A stretch of DNA of 32,000 bases from Promethearchaeota archaeon (GTDB taxonomy: Archaea; Asgardarchaeota; Hermodarchaeia; Hermodarchaeales; Hermodarchaeaceae): positions 30,001 to 62,000 of the forward strand of contig JBHLMI010000002.1 in NCBI GenBank assembly GCA_048938295.1, in the 5' to 3' direction. A program made the position numbers and the translations under genes. This document shows, piece after piece, positions 17,140 to 26,410 of the stretch. Under the pieces are notes generated by a model that was given only the letters and a program-made list of their open reading frames with translations, ran no database searches and had not been told where the DNA came from. How positions within the stretch are numbered: the stretch's first letter is position 1; every line of letters begins with the position of its first letter.

Positions 17140-17802
17140 GTGCCAGTCCCCGGATTAGTCGCCTTTGATTTAGACGGAACTTTGGTTAGAATTTGGAGTG
17201 CTTGGAGTTGGATTCATAAGCTGCTCGGAACCGTCGAACCTGCGAAACCAAACGCTGACCGATATTATGCAGGAGAGATTAACTATTTCCAATGGGCGGA
17301 GCTTGATGTCGCACTCTGGCATGGCGTTCCCCTCAAGCAAATCGAGGAGGCTATCGACCAAGGGTTAGCGTTCATTGCGAACGTGAAAACCCTCATTGAT
17401 GCGTTGCATAGGCATGGTTTGAAAACAGCTATTATCAGTTCAGGGCTCACGGTATTTGCTAATCGTGTACAAGAAGTCCTTGGCATCGATGTAAGCAAGG
17501 CCAACGAACTACTTACTGATGAAGACGGCAAGATCTGTGGAGTACAAGTTCACGTCGCGTTTGACAATAAAGACCAAGTGTTAGAGATTATCGCACAAGA
17601 ACTGGATGTACCCCTCTACCAATGTGTTGCTATCGGCGATTCACGAAATGACATTCCTATGTTTCGAGCTGCAGGTTTTTCCATTGCATTCAACCCCTCT
17701 AATGAAGAGGTGGCAGAAGCTGCAAGTACGATTATCGTCAGTGAGGATGCTTTAGATTTACTCCCACCGCTTTTAGAATTTTATCAACTTATTACTCTCT
17801 AA
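17140..17802 (+). CDS. HAD-IB phosphatase (phosphoserine-phosphatase-like)
   Basis: AFDLDGTL, IISSG, ANEL, K in DNKDQ, IGDSRNDIPM. Confidence 0.87.
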   Translation: MPVPGLVAFDLDGTLVRIWSAWSWIHKLLGTVEPAKPNADRYYAGEINYFQWAELDVALWHGVPLKQIEEAIDQGLAFIANVKTLIDALHRHGLKTAIISSGLTVFANRVQEVLGIDVSKANELLTDEDGKICGVQVHVAFDNKDQVLEIIAQELDVPLYQCVAIGDSRNDIPMFRAAGFSIAFNPSNEEVAEAASTIIVSEDALDLLPPLLEFYQLITL

Positions 17803-17906
17803 GTCATCGTGCATGTTTCTACGTTAGATTTTAATGGCAGGATGGAACGGTAATCAGAACCATCATCATTTTGGTGGGGTTCAGCGAACAGTAGGAGTGA
17901 AATTGC

Positions 17907-19661
17907 ATGAGTCAGCGAACACTAATTGACGCAAGTATGGGTCGTATCAAGGCGGACATGGTCATCACTGATGTACAACCAATCGATGTGATTTCCCGAG
18001 AAATCCTGGAAGGTGGCATCGCTATTAAAGAAGGGATGATTTGTCGTATTGGCGATGTCTCTGACCTTATAGGAAGCAAAACCAAGGTCATTAAAGGACA
18101 AGGACGATATGCTACTCCGGCTTTCATCGAGTCCCATATCCATGTAGAAAGTACCATGCTTACCCTCACCGAATTCGCTAAAGCTGTAATCCCCCACGGC
18201 ACGGGAACTGCAATCATTGATCCCCACGAAATTGCCAATGTGACGGGAATCCGAGGATTAGAAATTTTCATGGAGGAAGCGCGAGATTTACCCCTCCATA
18301 TCCTCATTGAAGTCCCAAGTTGTGTTCCAGCAGCCTCACCTGAACTGGAGACCGCCGGAGCCAAGCTAGATGCATTCACCATTGATCGCTTGCTCCAAGA
18401 CCCCATGGTCATTGGTCTTGGTGAAGTCATGAACATCCCAGCAGTACTGAACAATGATGAAGACATTCACTTGAAAATCCAATTTGCCCGAAGTCAAGGT
18501 AAAGTGGTTGAAGGCCATGCGCCGGGATTGAAAGGGAAGAGACTGAACGCCTACATCGCTGCAGGAATTATGTCGGATCACGAATCAGAAACAGCGGAAG
18601 AAGCTGTGGATCGTCTCCGATTAGGCATGACCGTTATGGCACGGGAAGGATCCATTGTCCGGAATATGCTAGATATCTTGCTTCCCCTCTACAAGGAAGG
18701 CCGAGATCTTCGTAGAGCGACCATTTGCTCGGACGATCTATCCCCAGTTGAACTAGCGGATGTCGGTCATCTTGACCGGAGCTTGCGGAGAGCAATAGAT
18801 GCTGGCATCGACCCGTTGGTAGCCATTCAGCTTGTGACATCGAATCCTGCTAGTTACTTCAAGTTGCCTCGAGTGGGACATCTTGCTCCTGGAAACAATG
18901 GGGATATCGTCTTAATTGATGATTTGAAGAATATCAACGTGGATTTAGTTATTCTTCGTGGTAACGTGGTTGCTAAGGATGGACGGTTGACGGTGAAGTT
19001 GCCCAAATATGAGTATCCCCCTGATATGCGCACTACTATTCGATTTGGCGGCATTCCGACAGTCCTTAATTACATGATTCCTGCCGATGATGGAGACCAT
19101 AAAGTTCGAGTAATCATCGCCCATGAAGGTAGCCTTATCACGGGTTCTGAAATCGTTACTCTCAATGCATCAGAGGGGTACTTACATCCCGATCTTGAAA
19201 AGGATATCCTCACAATCGCTGTCACTGAGCGGTATATGAAAGGAGGTAGTATCGGAGTGGGCTTCGTCCAAGGCTTTGGATTAAAAGAAGGAGCCATCGC
19301 AAGTAGTATCGCCCATGACAGTCACAATATCATAAGCGTTGCTACGAGTCCTGAGGACGCCTTGATGGCAGTAAGTACGGTATCCCAGACGATGGGAGGG
19401 ATAGCAGCTATTAAAGGCCGGAAGATCCTGGCTAATCTGCCGTTACCCATCGCGGGAGTTATCACTGATGAACCTGTGGATAAAGTCACGAAACAGCTTC
19501 AGACTGTACGGACTGCAGCACTTGACCTTGGCTGTAGCCTCAACCACCCTTTCTTGACGATGAGTTTCATGGCACTCCCAGTAATTCCAGCCTTGAAGAT
19601 TACCGATAAGGGCATCGTGGATGCTAAAGAAATGAAGATTGTGTCGGTGATTGTCCGTTAG
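17907..19661 (+). CDS. ade: Adenine deaminase
   Basis: ESHIHVES, DPHEIANV, GLGEVMN, EGHAPG, SDHE, CSDD, SSIAHDSHN, FMALPVIPALKITDKG. Confidence 0.95.
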   Translation: MSQRTLIDASMGRIKADMVITDVQPIDVISREILEGGIAIKEGMICRIGDVSDLIGSKTKVIKGQGRYATPAFIESHIHVESTMLTLTEFAKAVIPHGTGTAIIDPHEIANVTGIRGLEIFMEEARDLPLHILIEVPSCVPAASPELETAGAKLDAFTIDRLLQDPMVIGLGEVMNIPAVLNNDEDIHLKIQFARSQGKVVEGHAPGLKGKRLNAYIAAGIMSDHESETAEEAVDRLRLGMTVMAREGSIVRNMLDILLPLYKEGRDLRRATICSDDLSPVELADVGHLDRSLRRAIDAGIDPLVAIQLVTSNPASYFKLPRVGHLAPGNNGDIVLIDDLKNINVDLVILRGNVVAKDGRLTVKLPKYEYPPDMRTTIRFGGIPTVLNYMIPADDGDHKVRVIIAHEGSLITGSEIVTLNASEGYLHPDLEKDILTIAVTERYMKGGSIGVGFVQGFGLKEGAIASSIAHDSHNIISVATSPEDALMAVSTVSQTMGGIAAIKGRKILANLPLPIAGVITDEPVDKVTKQLQTVRTAALDLGCSLNHPFLTMSFMALPVIPALKITDKGIVDAKEMKIVSVIVR

Positions 19662-19775
19662 AGCGTATTTCTAACTAAGTACAAGAAACTGTAGAAAGGA
19701 GTCAAACGATTACTACACTGCAAATCCTTTTTAGGCTCAATTCACAAACGACCATTAGACTGGAGGTACGCCTGT

Positions 19776-20447
19776 ATGTCATGGACTATTATACTAGCAA
19801 ACCTTGCACCTGTGTTTCTTGGTTTAGGAGCAATGGCTGCATTCGCATGGTTCTTAGACAATCTTATGGGTGACACTTACCGATCAAGTGGCTCTAACAA
19901 AGTTGAGGAAGAAGGAAAAGCTGAAGCCCCACCGACCATTGGTTGGCGTCGGGGCATTGTTCGTCTCATTGGGCTCATCGGCATTCCTATGGGCATATTA
20001 TGCTTCGTATCTTTTGCCGCAATACTCCTTACACCTGGTCTAAACATCTATGGTGATCCACTGACACTCTTTCTCTTGGCATGGATGGGGATTGCACTCT
20101 TCCTTACACCCATCAACAAATTACCTTGGGCTGCTCTTATCGGTCTTGCAGCAGGCCTCATTGCTGTTGTTGCAGTCGTTGCGCTTGCACCTTTAATTCC
20201 TGAAATCATTACACAACAAGTCCCGTTGAAGTATATCTTGATTGGCATCTTCATCATTGTGGGTGTTGTTGTGTTCACCCTCTTCAAATGGGCTGAAAAC
20301 ATCCTCGATTTAATTACGACCATCCTGGGGTCGCGGCCCTTCCTGTTGATCCTCAGCTTCCTTGCTCTTGCCCAGGCAATTGCACTGCCTATCATCTGGT
20401 TTGTCTTTGGTGGGTATGGCGGATTGCTCTGGTTCTTCTTCCACTAA
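19776..20447 (+). CDS. Hypothetical multi-pass membrane protein
   Basis: GGAGGT SD, about 6 hydrophobic segments, no recognised motif. Confidence 0.8.
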   Translation: MSWTIILANLAPVFLGLGAMAAFAWFLDNLMGDTYRSSGSNKVEEEGKAEAPPTIGWRRGIVRLIGLIGIPMGILCFVSFAAILLTPGLNIYGDPLTLFLLAWMGIALFLTPINKLPWAALIGLAAGLIAVVAVVALAPLIPEIITQQVPLKYILIGIFIIVGVVVFTLFKWAENILDLITTILGSRPFLLILSFLALAQAIALPIIWFVFGGYGGLLWFFFH

Positions 20448-20456
20448 ACCTTTGAT

Positions 20457-21926
20457 TTAACCGCTGATGAAGTAGGCGGGTGGAAGGGGAATGGGTAGGA
20501 GGAAGAGCCGCATGAGGAGATAGCCTGTTCCAATTAGAAGATATAGGAAGAACATGAGGGCACCTGTTCGAAGAAATTCATTATAAGAGATAGGACGATT
20601 CTCCCTATTGGCAACAGTCATGGTCATCACGTTTGCTACACTAGCGATGGGTGTTAGGGAACCACCAAGAACAGCCCCAATAACAAGAGCAGACCAAATT
20701 GCGCCACCGGGATTAGCCCCTTGGAGTAATTGGATTCGGGTCAAGGAATCTGCAACAGGTATCAAGGTGGCGGTCACTGGGATATTATCAATAGCCCCAC
20801 TAGTAAACCCAGTCAACCATAACATCGATACGGTTGCAGCAGCGGGATTACCTCCCGTGAGTACCGAAATCACACCTCCAATGAATGTCAAGACCCCAAA
20901 CTCTTCCATGCATCCAACAATTATGAATAGCCCAATGAAGAAAAATAACGCAGTCCATTCTACTTCTTTAAAAATACGTTCACTTGGAATTCCGCTGAGG
21001 AGAACGAAAAGGAGGGCCATGACAAAGGCGACCACCCATGTGAATCCAGCTATTCCAAACACGATGAAACCGATTATCATCGCCACAAACAAGATGGCAG
21101 TTCGATAGAAGATGTTACGGTCCTCTACCATCGTCCAGGCATCAAGTGCCATAAGATCATTAACTCGGCTTGGTCGAGGTTTAGTAAACTTTCTTCGGAA
21201 AAACCTGAGTGCAACCATACCGGTTACCCCGAGTAGGATTAAGCCCAAGGGAAGTAGCGTAGTGGCAAACCAAACAAAGTCATAAAAAGTTGCACCAGCG
21301 ACTAACATGCATGGAACACTAGCAATTACGGTAGTAATACCACCTATATTTCCACACATGGCATTCGCAATGAGGTAGGGTGTGGGATTCTGTTCTAGGG
21401 CATCACAAGCAAGAATCGTTAATGGACCGATGATTAATACCGTTGTTGCTAGTACGGTCGACATGGCGAAAGTTAGCCCACAGAAAATGAGTAACAACCT
21501 TCTTGGTGAGCCCTTACTGAATCGAAGGGCCTTGACTGCAATAAACTGAAACAATCCTGAGTCCTTGGCAATCTCTGTGATGACCATGAGAGAAAGAATC
21601 ACGATGATGGTAGAAAGATCGACCCATTCTCCAAAGAATTGGGCAAAAACCTCAGCATTGAAAACGATAGGCAAAAGCTGATAACTTAGCGCTAGTTCCA
21701 TGAAATGCTCATATTCAGGGCTACCAGGAAGAAAGCCGTTGGCAAGATCTGTGTAGATCTGAATCTGCGATAAGCGCCACGGTTCCCATATCTGAGCAAA
21801 ATAGATGATGGCGATGGAGGCACCAATGAGGGCAGCAATAGTGTGGTCGGTCATATCGAATGTAATCATTAACACTACTGCGATAAACACCAGAATGATA
21901 AAGACAGCCGGATAAATTATCAGCAT
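20457..21926 (-). CDS. ArsB/NhaD/SLC13-type ion transporter (P-protein-like), paralog 2
   Basis: DHTIAALIG, SGLFQFIA, NIGGITTVIASVP, EVEWTALFFFIGLF, SGAIDNIPVT, LGGSLTPIASVAN. Confidence 0.9.
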   Translation of the reverse strand: MLIIYPAVFIILVFIAVVLMITFDMTDHTIAALIGASIAIIYFAQIWEPWRLSQIQIYTDLANGFLPGSPEYEHFMELALSYQLLPIVFNAEVFAQFFGEWVDLSTIIVILSLMVITEIAKDSGLFQFIAVKALRFSKGSPRRLLLIFCGLTFAMSTVLATTVLIIGPLTILACDALEQNPTPYLIANAMCGNIGGITTVIASVPCMLVAGATFYDFVWFATTLLPLGLILLGVTGMVALRFFRRKFTKPRPSRVNDLMALDAWTMVEDRNIFYRTAILFVAMIIGFIVFGIAGFTWVVAFVMALLFVLLSGIPSERIFKEVEWTALFFFIGLFIIVGCMEEFGVLTFIGGVISVLTGGNPAAATVSMLWLTGFTSGAIDNIPVTATLIPVADSLTRIQLLQGANPGGAIWSALVIGAVLGGSLTPIASVANVMTMTVANRENRPISYNEFLRTGALMFFLYLLIGTGYLLMRLFLLPIPLPPAYFISG

Positions 21927-22042
21927 ATTATCGTCGCCCTAAGGTGGCAAGGCTGACTGCTAGATGTCAGGTCAATATTTATTTCTTAAGGGTAATTTGT
22001 CAAATAAGCTTTTCACTAGATTTTTTCGAAGAATCCACTAAA

Positions 22043-23443
22043 TCATAAACCGAGTGGGGCAGGGATGGGCATTAGGAATATCCTGAATAACACGTAGAGT
22101 GTGCTGAAAAAGAGAAACATCACAGTTAGGATTACTCCAATCAATAGGAACTGATTCTTGGGAATTGCACGATCTTCTTTTTCTGATATAGTCATGATGA
22201 GGACATTAGCTGCACTGGCTATCGGAGTAAGACAGCCACCCAACACAGCTCCAGCAAGCATTGATGCCCATAGAGCGCCTGCTGGGATTGGAACGGGACC
22301 AGATGCTAGGACATCGACTACAGGTATGAATGTGAGAGTCACTGGAATATTATCGACGAACCCGCTGGTCATTCCAGTGATCCATACCATCAGGGTAGCG
22401 GCAATATACGGATTACCCAATGTCAATGCTTGTATTCCATGTCCTATTGCATGTAGTACCCCGAATTCTTCAAGCAGTCCAACGAGAAAGAACAAGCCAA
22501 TAAAGAAGAATAGTGCAGACCATTCAATTTCCTTAAACAGTTGACTAGGTCGAATTCCACTTAATATGACAAAGAGGAGTGCGCCTCCCAGGGCAACCAG
22601 AAATGTGAGTCCTGCTGATCCTAGAATAATGAATCCAATAATGATAAGGATAAGAAGGATAGCAGTACGGTAAAATACTGGGCGGCTAGGAACCATCTCC
22701 CAAGGGTCAAGTTCCATGAGATCCTCAATCCGTGCTCGTCGAGGTTGGATGAGATCTTTTCGGAATAGGCGTAGGACCACAAACAACATAACTGCAATTA
22801 ATATCAATCCCAAGGGCATCATGTTGATAATAAACCAGGGGAAACTATAGAGGGTGGCTCCAGCAACCAGCATTGCAGGGACACTAGCGATCATCGATGT
22901 AATTCCACCGACATTGGATGCGAGAGCAATGGATATGAGAAACGGCACAGGATTGATTTCTAAGGCATCGCAGGCGAGAAAGGTCAAAGTGCCCATAATC
23001 AAGATTGTAGTGATTTGAGTTAGAACAGTGGTCATAGCGAAGCTCAAGGCACATAAAATTATCAGCAGCTTGCGTGTATCGCCTTTTGTGAATTTGATTG
23101 CCTGTACTGAGATAAATTGAAAGACGCCAGAATCTTTTGCGATTTCGGTAATGACCATCATTGAAAGGATAAGGATCAGAGTGGGAAGGTCGACCCATTT
23201 ATTGAAGAAGAAGGCGAAAACAACAACATTGAAGTTTGCAGGGAGAAGGTCATAGTTGGCTTCTGGATTTATGGCAATCACCGCATCACGCCATGCTGGC
23301 CAGATCATAGCCATGTAGAAGATAGCGATTACTCCTCCAATAAGGGCGGCAGCTGTGTGGTCCATGACATCTAGCATAATAAGAAGGATAATTGTCACAA
23401 ACAAGATTATTGCAAACACTGCAGGAAACATGATAGAGACCAA
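22043..23443 (-). CDS. ArsB/NhaD/SLC13-type ion transporter (P-protein-like), paralog 1
   Basis: DHTAAALIG, SGVFQFIS, SNVGGITSMIASVP, EIEWSALFFFIGLF, SGFVDNIPVT, LGGCLTPIASAAN. Confidence 0.9.
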   Translation of the reverse strand: MVSIMFPAVFAIILFVTIILLIMLDVMDHTAAALIGGVIAIFYMAMIWPAWRDAVIAINPEANYDLLPANFNVVVFAFFFNKWVDLPTLILILSMMVITEIAKDSGVFQFISVQAIKFTKGDTRKLLIILCALSFAMTTVLTQITTILIMGTLTFLACDALEINPVPFLISIALASNVGGITSMIASVPAMLVAGATLYSFPWFIINMMPLGLILIAVMLFVVLRLFRKDLIQPRRARIEDLMELDPWEMVPSRPVFYRTAILLILIIIGFIILGSAGLTFLVALGGALLFVILSGIRPSQLFKEIEWSALFFFIGLFFLVGLLEEFGVLHAIGHGIQALTLGNPYIAATLMVWITGMTSGFVDNIPVTLTFIPVVDVLASGPVPIPAGALWASMLAGAVLGGCLTPIASAANVLIMTISEKEDRAIPKNQFLLIGVILTVMFLFFSTLYVLFRIFLMPIPAPLGL

Positions 23444-23452
23444 TCACACCCT

Positions 23453-24247
23453 TTACAGTGTATCAACAAATTCGATAATAGCCCTTGCAAGCTCTTCAGG
23501 TTGTTCGAATTGAATGCTATGGTTCGTCTTATTGATAACCTTAGTGGTGACATTGTCTAAGTTCTTTGCATAGAAGTCAGCCCAGTTAGGGGAGAAAGTT
23601 TTGTCTCCTGAACCACAGATTACAAGCGTTGGGGCCTGGATTTCCTTGACACGGTCTTGAATATTAAATTTGGCGCAGGCTCCTTGAGCGCTTCCATGGC
23701 TATTTGTGAGCCGTTGACCTTCTTCGGCTAGTTGGACAAGAAGGTCAAACAAATCCGGCGTGGAACGGATTTTTTCAGGATCATAAAATTCGAATTTCAG
23801 CAGTTTCAAAACGGCTTCCTTGGGCTCGAGTCCATATGCCAGTTTACCAAGTTCAATTTGGACTAAGGCGCCCTCGACATCAACCATTGGGGCAGTATTG
23901 ATGAGAATAAGAGCTTTAACACGATTAGGCGTGTCGAGTGCTATTTGCTGAACGATGAAACCCCCCATACTATGACCAGCGATTATACATTGGCTAATTT
24001 GGAGGTGGTCAAGCAGCGCAATCATATCCTTGCTGTATAGATCTATCGTGCTAGGTTCAGTGAGTTCAGTTGATCGACCATGTCCACGTGAATCAGGCAT
24101 AATGACTTTGAAGTGGTCTCGAAGGTGCGGACGCAGAAAAGCCCAGTTTCGATTCGACCCCCGGACACCATGACAGAGAAGGAGCGGTTCACCCTCTCCA
24201 TCTACCTCAAAATAGATTTTACCACCATCAACATCTACATATGGCAT
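23453..24247 (-). CDS. Alpha/beta-fold hydrolase
   Basis: HGV oxyanion region, DSRGHGRS, nucleophile GHSMGG, Asp in GSGD, His in NHSIQFEQP. The next gene (permease) starts 9 nt after its stop. Confidence 0.92.
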   Translation of the reverse strand: MPYVDVDGGKIYFEVDGEGEPLLLCHGVRGSNRNWAFLRPHLRDHFKVIMPDSRGHGRSTELTEPSTIDLYSKDMIALLDHLQISQCIIAGHSMGGFIVQQIALDTPNRVKALILINTAPMVDVEGALVQIELGKLAYGLEPKEAVLKLLKFEFYDPEKIRSTPDLFDLLVQLAEEGQRLTNSHGSAQGACAKFNIQDRVKEIQAPTLVICGSGDKTFSPNWADFYAKNLDNVTTKVINKTNHSIQFEQPEELARAIIEFVDTL

Positions 24248-24461
24248 CGAGTTAGCCTCGCTTACACAAATGGCTTTCTTGTTGCTTATTAATGGTAATC
24301 CCTCAGAACTGTGTGAATCTTGTAATGATTTCGAAGAGGTAAGATTGCCTCAAAAGCAAATCCTAATAACAGTTAATTTGCCTTTTTGGTATATGAGGAC
24401 TGCCCACGAAAGATACAGAGACTGGCTGGGAATCGTCCTCTAGTCGTGGAGGCAAGGATTC

Positions 24462-24968
24462 GTGCAATTTATTTGGCCGATTCTAATCATTTTCATTGTA
24501 ATTATTCTGTTAGCTGCATGTATTATTTGCGTAGCGGTTCAGGATCGTCGTGATTCCCCGCCTCGTTCATACGTACGAGTCAGCCTCCGTGATCCTTGGC
24601 AACCGGTCACTGAAGATAGGAGGGGAGAACGCGAATGGGAACCTTCTGAACATCAGGTCGATGTGCTAATATGTTCTTGTGGGAAATGGAATGCCACCAA
24701 TGAACAGATCTGCTGGAACTGCCAGGCCTCCCTCAATAAACTTCAACATCAGACTTTTACTTTTGAAACGGAGGAAAAATGCGCTGTATGTGGCTATTGG
24801 GTATATCCGGGAGAATTGGTCGTGTTGTGTCCATCCTGCCAGGCTCAAGGTCATCGGACACATATGCTGGAATATGTTAAAGCGAAAGGCAGTTGCCCGG
24901 TGTGCAATGTCAGATTAACCTCTGAACAAATTCTTCGAACGGTTCCGATAATACGCAGCACAAATTAG
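24462..24968 (+). CDS. Membrane-anchored protein with a RanBP2/NZF-like zinc finger and a RING-like finger (putative E3 ligase)
   Basis: N-terminal hydrophobic helix; CSCGKWNATNEQICWNC; CAVC-x12-CPSC-x4-H-x2-H-x10-CPVC. The CDS is well supported; the E3 function is inferred. Confidence 0.8.
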   Translation: MQFIWPILIIFIVIILLAACIICVAVQDRRDSPPRSYVRVSLRDPWQPVTEDRRGEREWEPSEHQVDVLICSCGKWNATNEQICWNCQASLNKLQHQTFTFETEEKCAVCGYWVYPGELVVLCPSCQAQGHRTHMLEYVKAKGSCPVCNVRLTSEQILRTVPIIRSTN

Positions 24969-24998
24969 TGAATAGAAATCACCAAATCTCAGATGATA

Positions 24999-26183
24999 TT
25001 ACAGAAACACTGTTCTAGGTAGATTCGTGAGGTTACTAGATCCTTTCTTTGTAACAACGATATCGTCTTCGATTCGAATGCCACCGACTTTCTTATAATA
25101 TAACGCGGGTTCAATGGCGATAACAGCCCCAGATTTCAGGGGATGTGGTCTAAAGGACATTTTCGGATCTTCATGTACACTCAAGCCAATTCCGTGACCA
25201 AGCGCATGCAGCATCCCTTCTTCAATACCGGGGGTCCGATTGGCTGACGGATGTCCATCCCATTCAAAGGAATCAGCCATGACATTCACGAGACCCTCTG
25301 TCGTTTCACCAACATGTATAGCATCAACCACTGCATCGAGAGCGGATTCAACTGACTCAAACAGCTTCTGAATTTTCTGAGACACCTGCCCGCGAACAAT
25401 GGTACGGGTAACATCAGCATGATACCGTTCTTCGAGTCGGCGTGGAAAAATATCAATTATAACAGGTACATTTGCCCGAAGCAGATCACTACGAGCCCCC
25501 ATATAATGGTAGTCGGCACCTTTAGGACCACTAGCGACAATGATCTCTTCACTGCTTTCTGAGTCATTGTCCACAAGCGTGTGTTCAATTATTCGTTTGA
25601 GTCGTCCTACTGTCAAGGGAGTTCTTTGATAAAGTAGGACCTTTCGAGGTCCAATAGTTGTATTATTGATTAAGTCGATAACATGATTAAAGGTGACCAT
25701 TGTAGCCTGGCTGGCTGATTCAATAGCTTTGATTTCCTTTCGGTCTTTTGTTTCTCGTGCTTCAAAGAAAAGGGACTCGACTGGTTGAAGTTTCAGACCT
25801 AGTTTCTGCAATAAATGGATATGCAGTGCATCAGTTTCAAGGGGTACACCAATAACACCATTTTTTGGAAGAAAGTTTCGTAGTAGATCCTCCAGTATGC
25901 GTTGAACATATTCATCTGATGATACTGCATCCTGTATTGCCTGATTGATTGTTGGACTTAGGCTATGAAAATATCTCATTGGTGAATACTTCTTAGCTCG
26001 AGAACAGACAATATCTGATGCTGCAAGAATTCCAGGTTGATCAGGGAATTTCACATAGTAGGCATCGTCTACAGTGAGGAACCGTGTTAGGTAATAGAGA
26101 TTAGGTTTCAAAAGGCTCTTGCCCTGGAGAAAAAGAGCATCTACGTCATATTTCGCCATTAATCCATCTACGTCATCGATCAT
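24999..26183 (-). CDS. Xaa-Pro amino/dipeptidase, M24B family
   Basis: IDIFPR, YHADVTRT, HALGHGIGLSVHE, IEPALY, GGIRIEDD. Confidence 0.92.
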   Translation of the reverse strand: MIDDVDGLMAKYDVDALFLQGKSLLKPNLYYLTRFLTVDDAYYVKFPDQPGILAASDIVCSRAKKYSPMRYFHSLSPTINQAIQDAVSSDEYVQRILEDLLRNFLPKNGVIGVPLETDALHIHLLQKLGLKLQPVESLFFEARETKDRKEIKAIESASQATMVTFNHVIDLINNTTIGPRKVLLYQRTPLTVGRLKRIIEHTLVDNDSESSEEIIVASGPKGADYHYMGARSDLLRANVPVIIDIFPRRLEERYHADVTRTIVRGQVSQKIQKLFESVESALDAVVDAIHVGETTEGLVNVMADSFEWDGHPSANRTPGIEEGMLHALGHGIGLSVHEDPKMSFRPHPLKSGAVIAIEPALYYKKVGGIRIEDDIVVTKKGSSNLTNLPRTVFL

Positions 26184-26410
26184 GTTACAAACCCTCCTCG
26201 CAGGTCAAAGAGATTATGGCGTTCTGTGTGGGTTTACATCTTAAGTGTTCTGAACATTATACGTTGAGCTTAAGAGCCTGAATTTTGAATTCCTTAGCGT
26301 ATTGGGGTGTGCACAATATCTAAGTACCCTCAGTTATCACAGATGGGACCAGAATTTTGGTCAACCCTTCACAGATTACGTATTTGTGCTGACTAGACAG
26401 GCATTCTGAA

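Noticed and set aside
17815-17882. GTTTCTAC (purine-riboswitch core sequence) and a small hairpin upstream of adenine deaminase
   Set aside because: The P1/P2/P3 stems and the kissing-loop motifs (UAUGG, CCGUAAA) are absent, so the 8-mer is probably chance. The hairpin at 17857-17882 is short and could be a simple terminator.
26241-26275. Short palindrome tgttctgaaca flanked by cttaag copies between the divergent peptidase and MFS genes
   Set aside because: Only 5-bp arms, which is expected by chance in AT-rich intergenic DNA; no second clear copy supports it.
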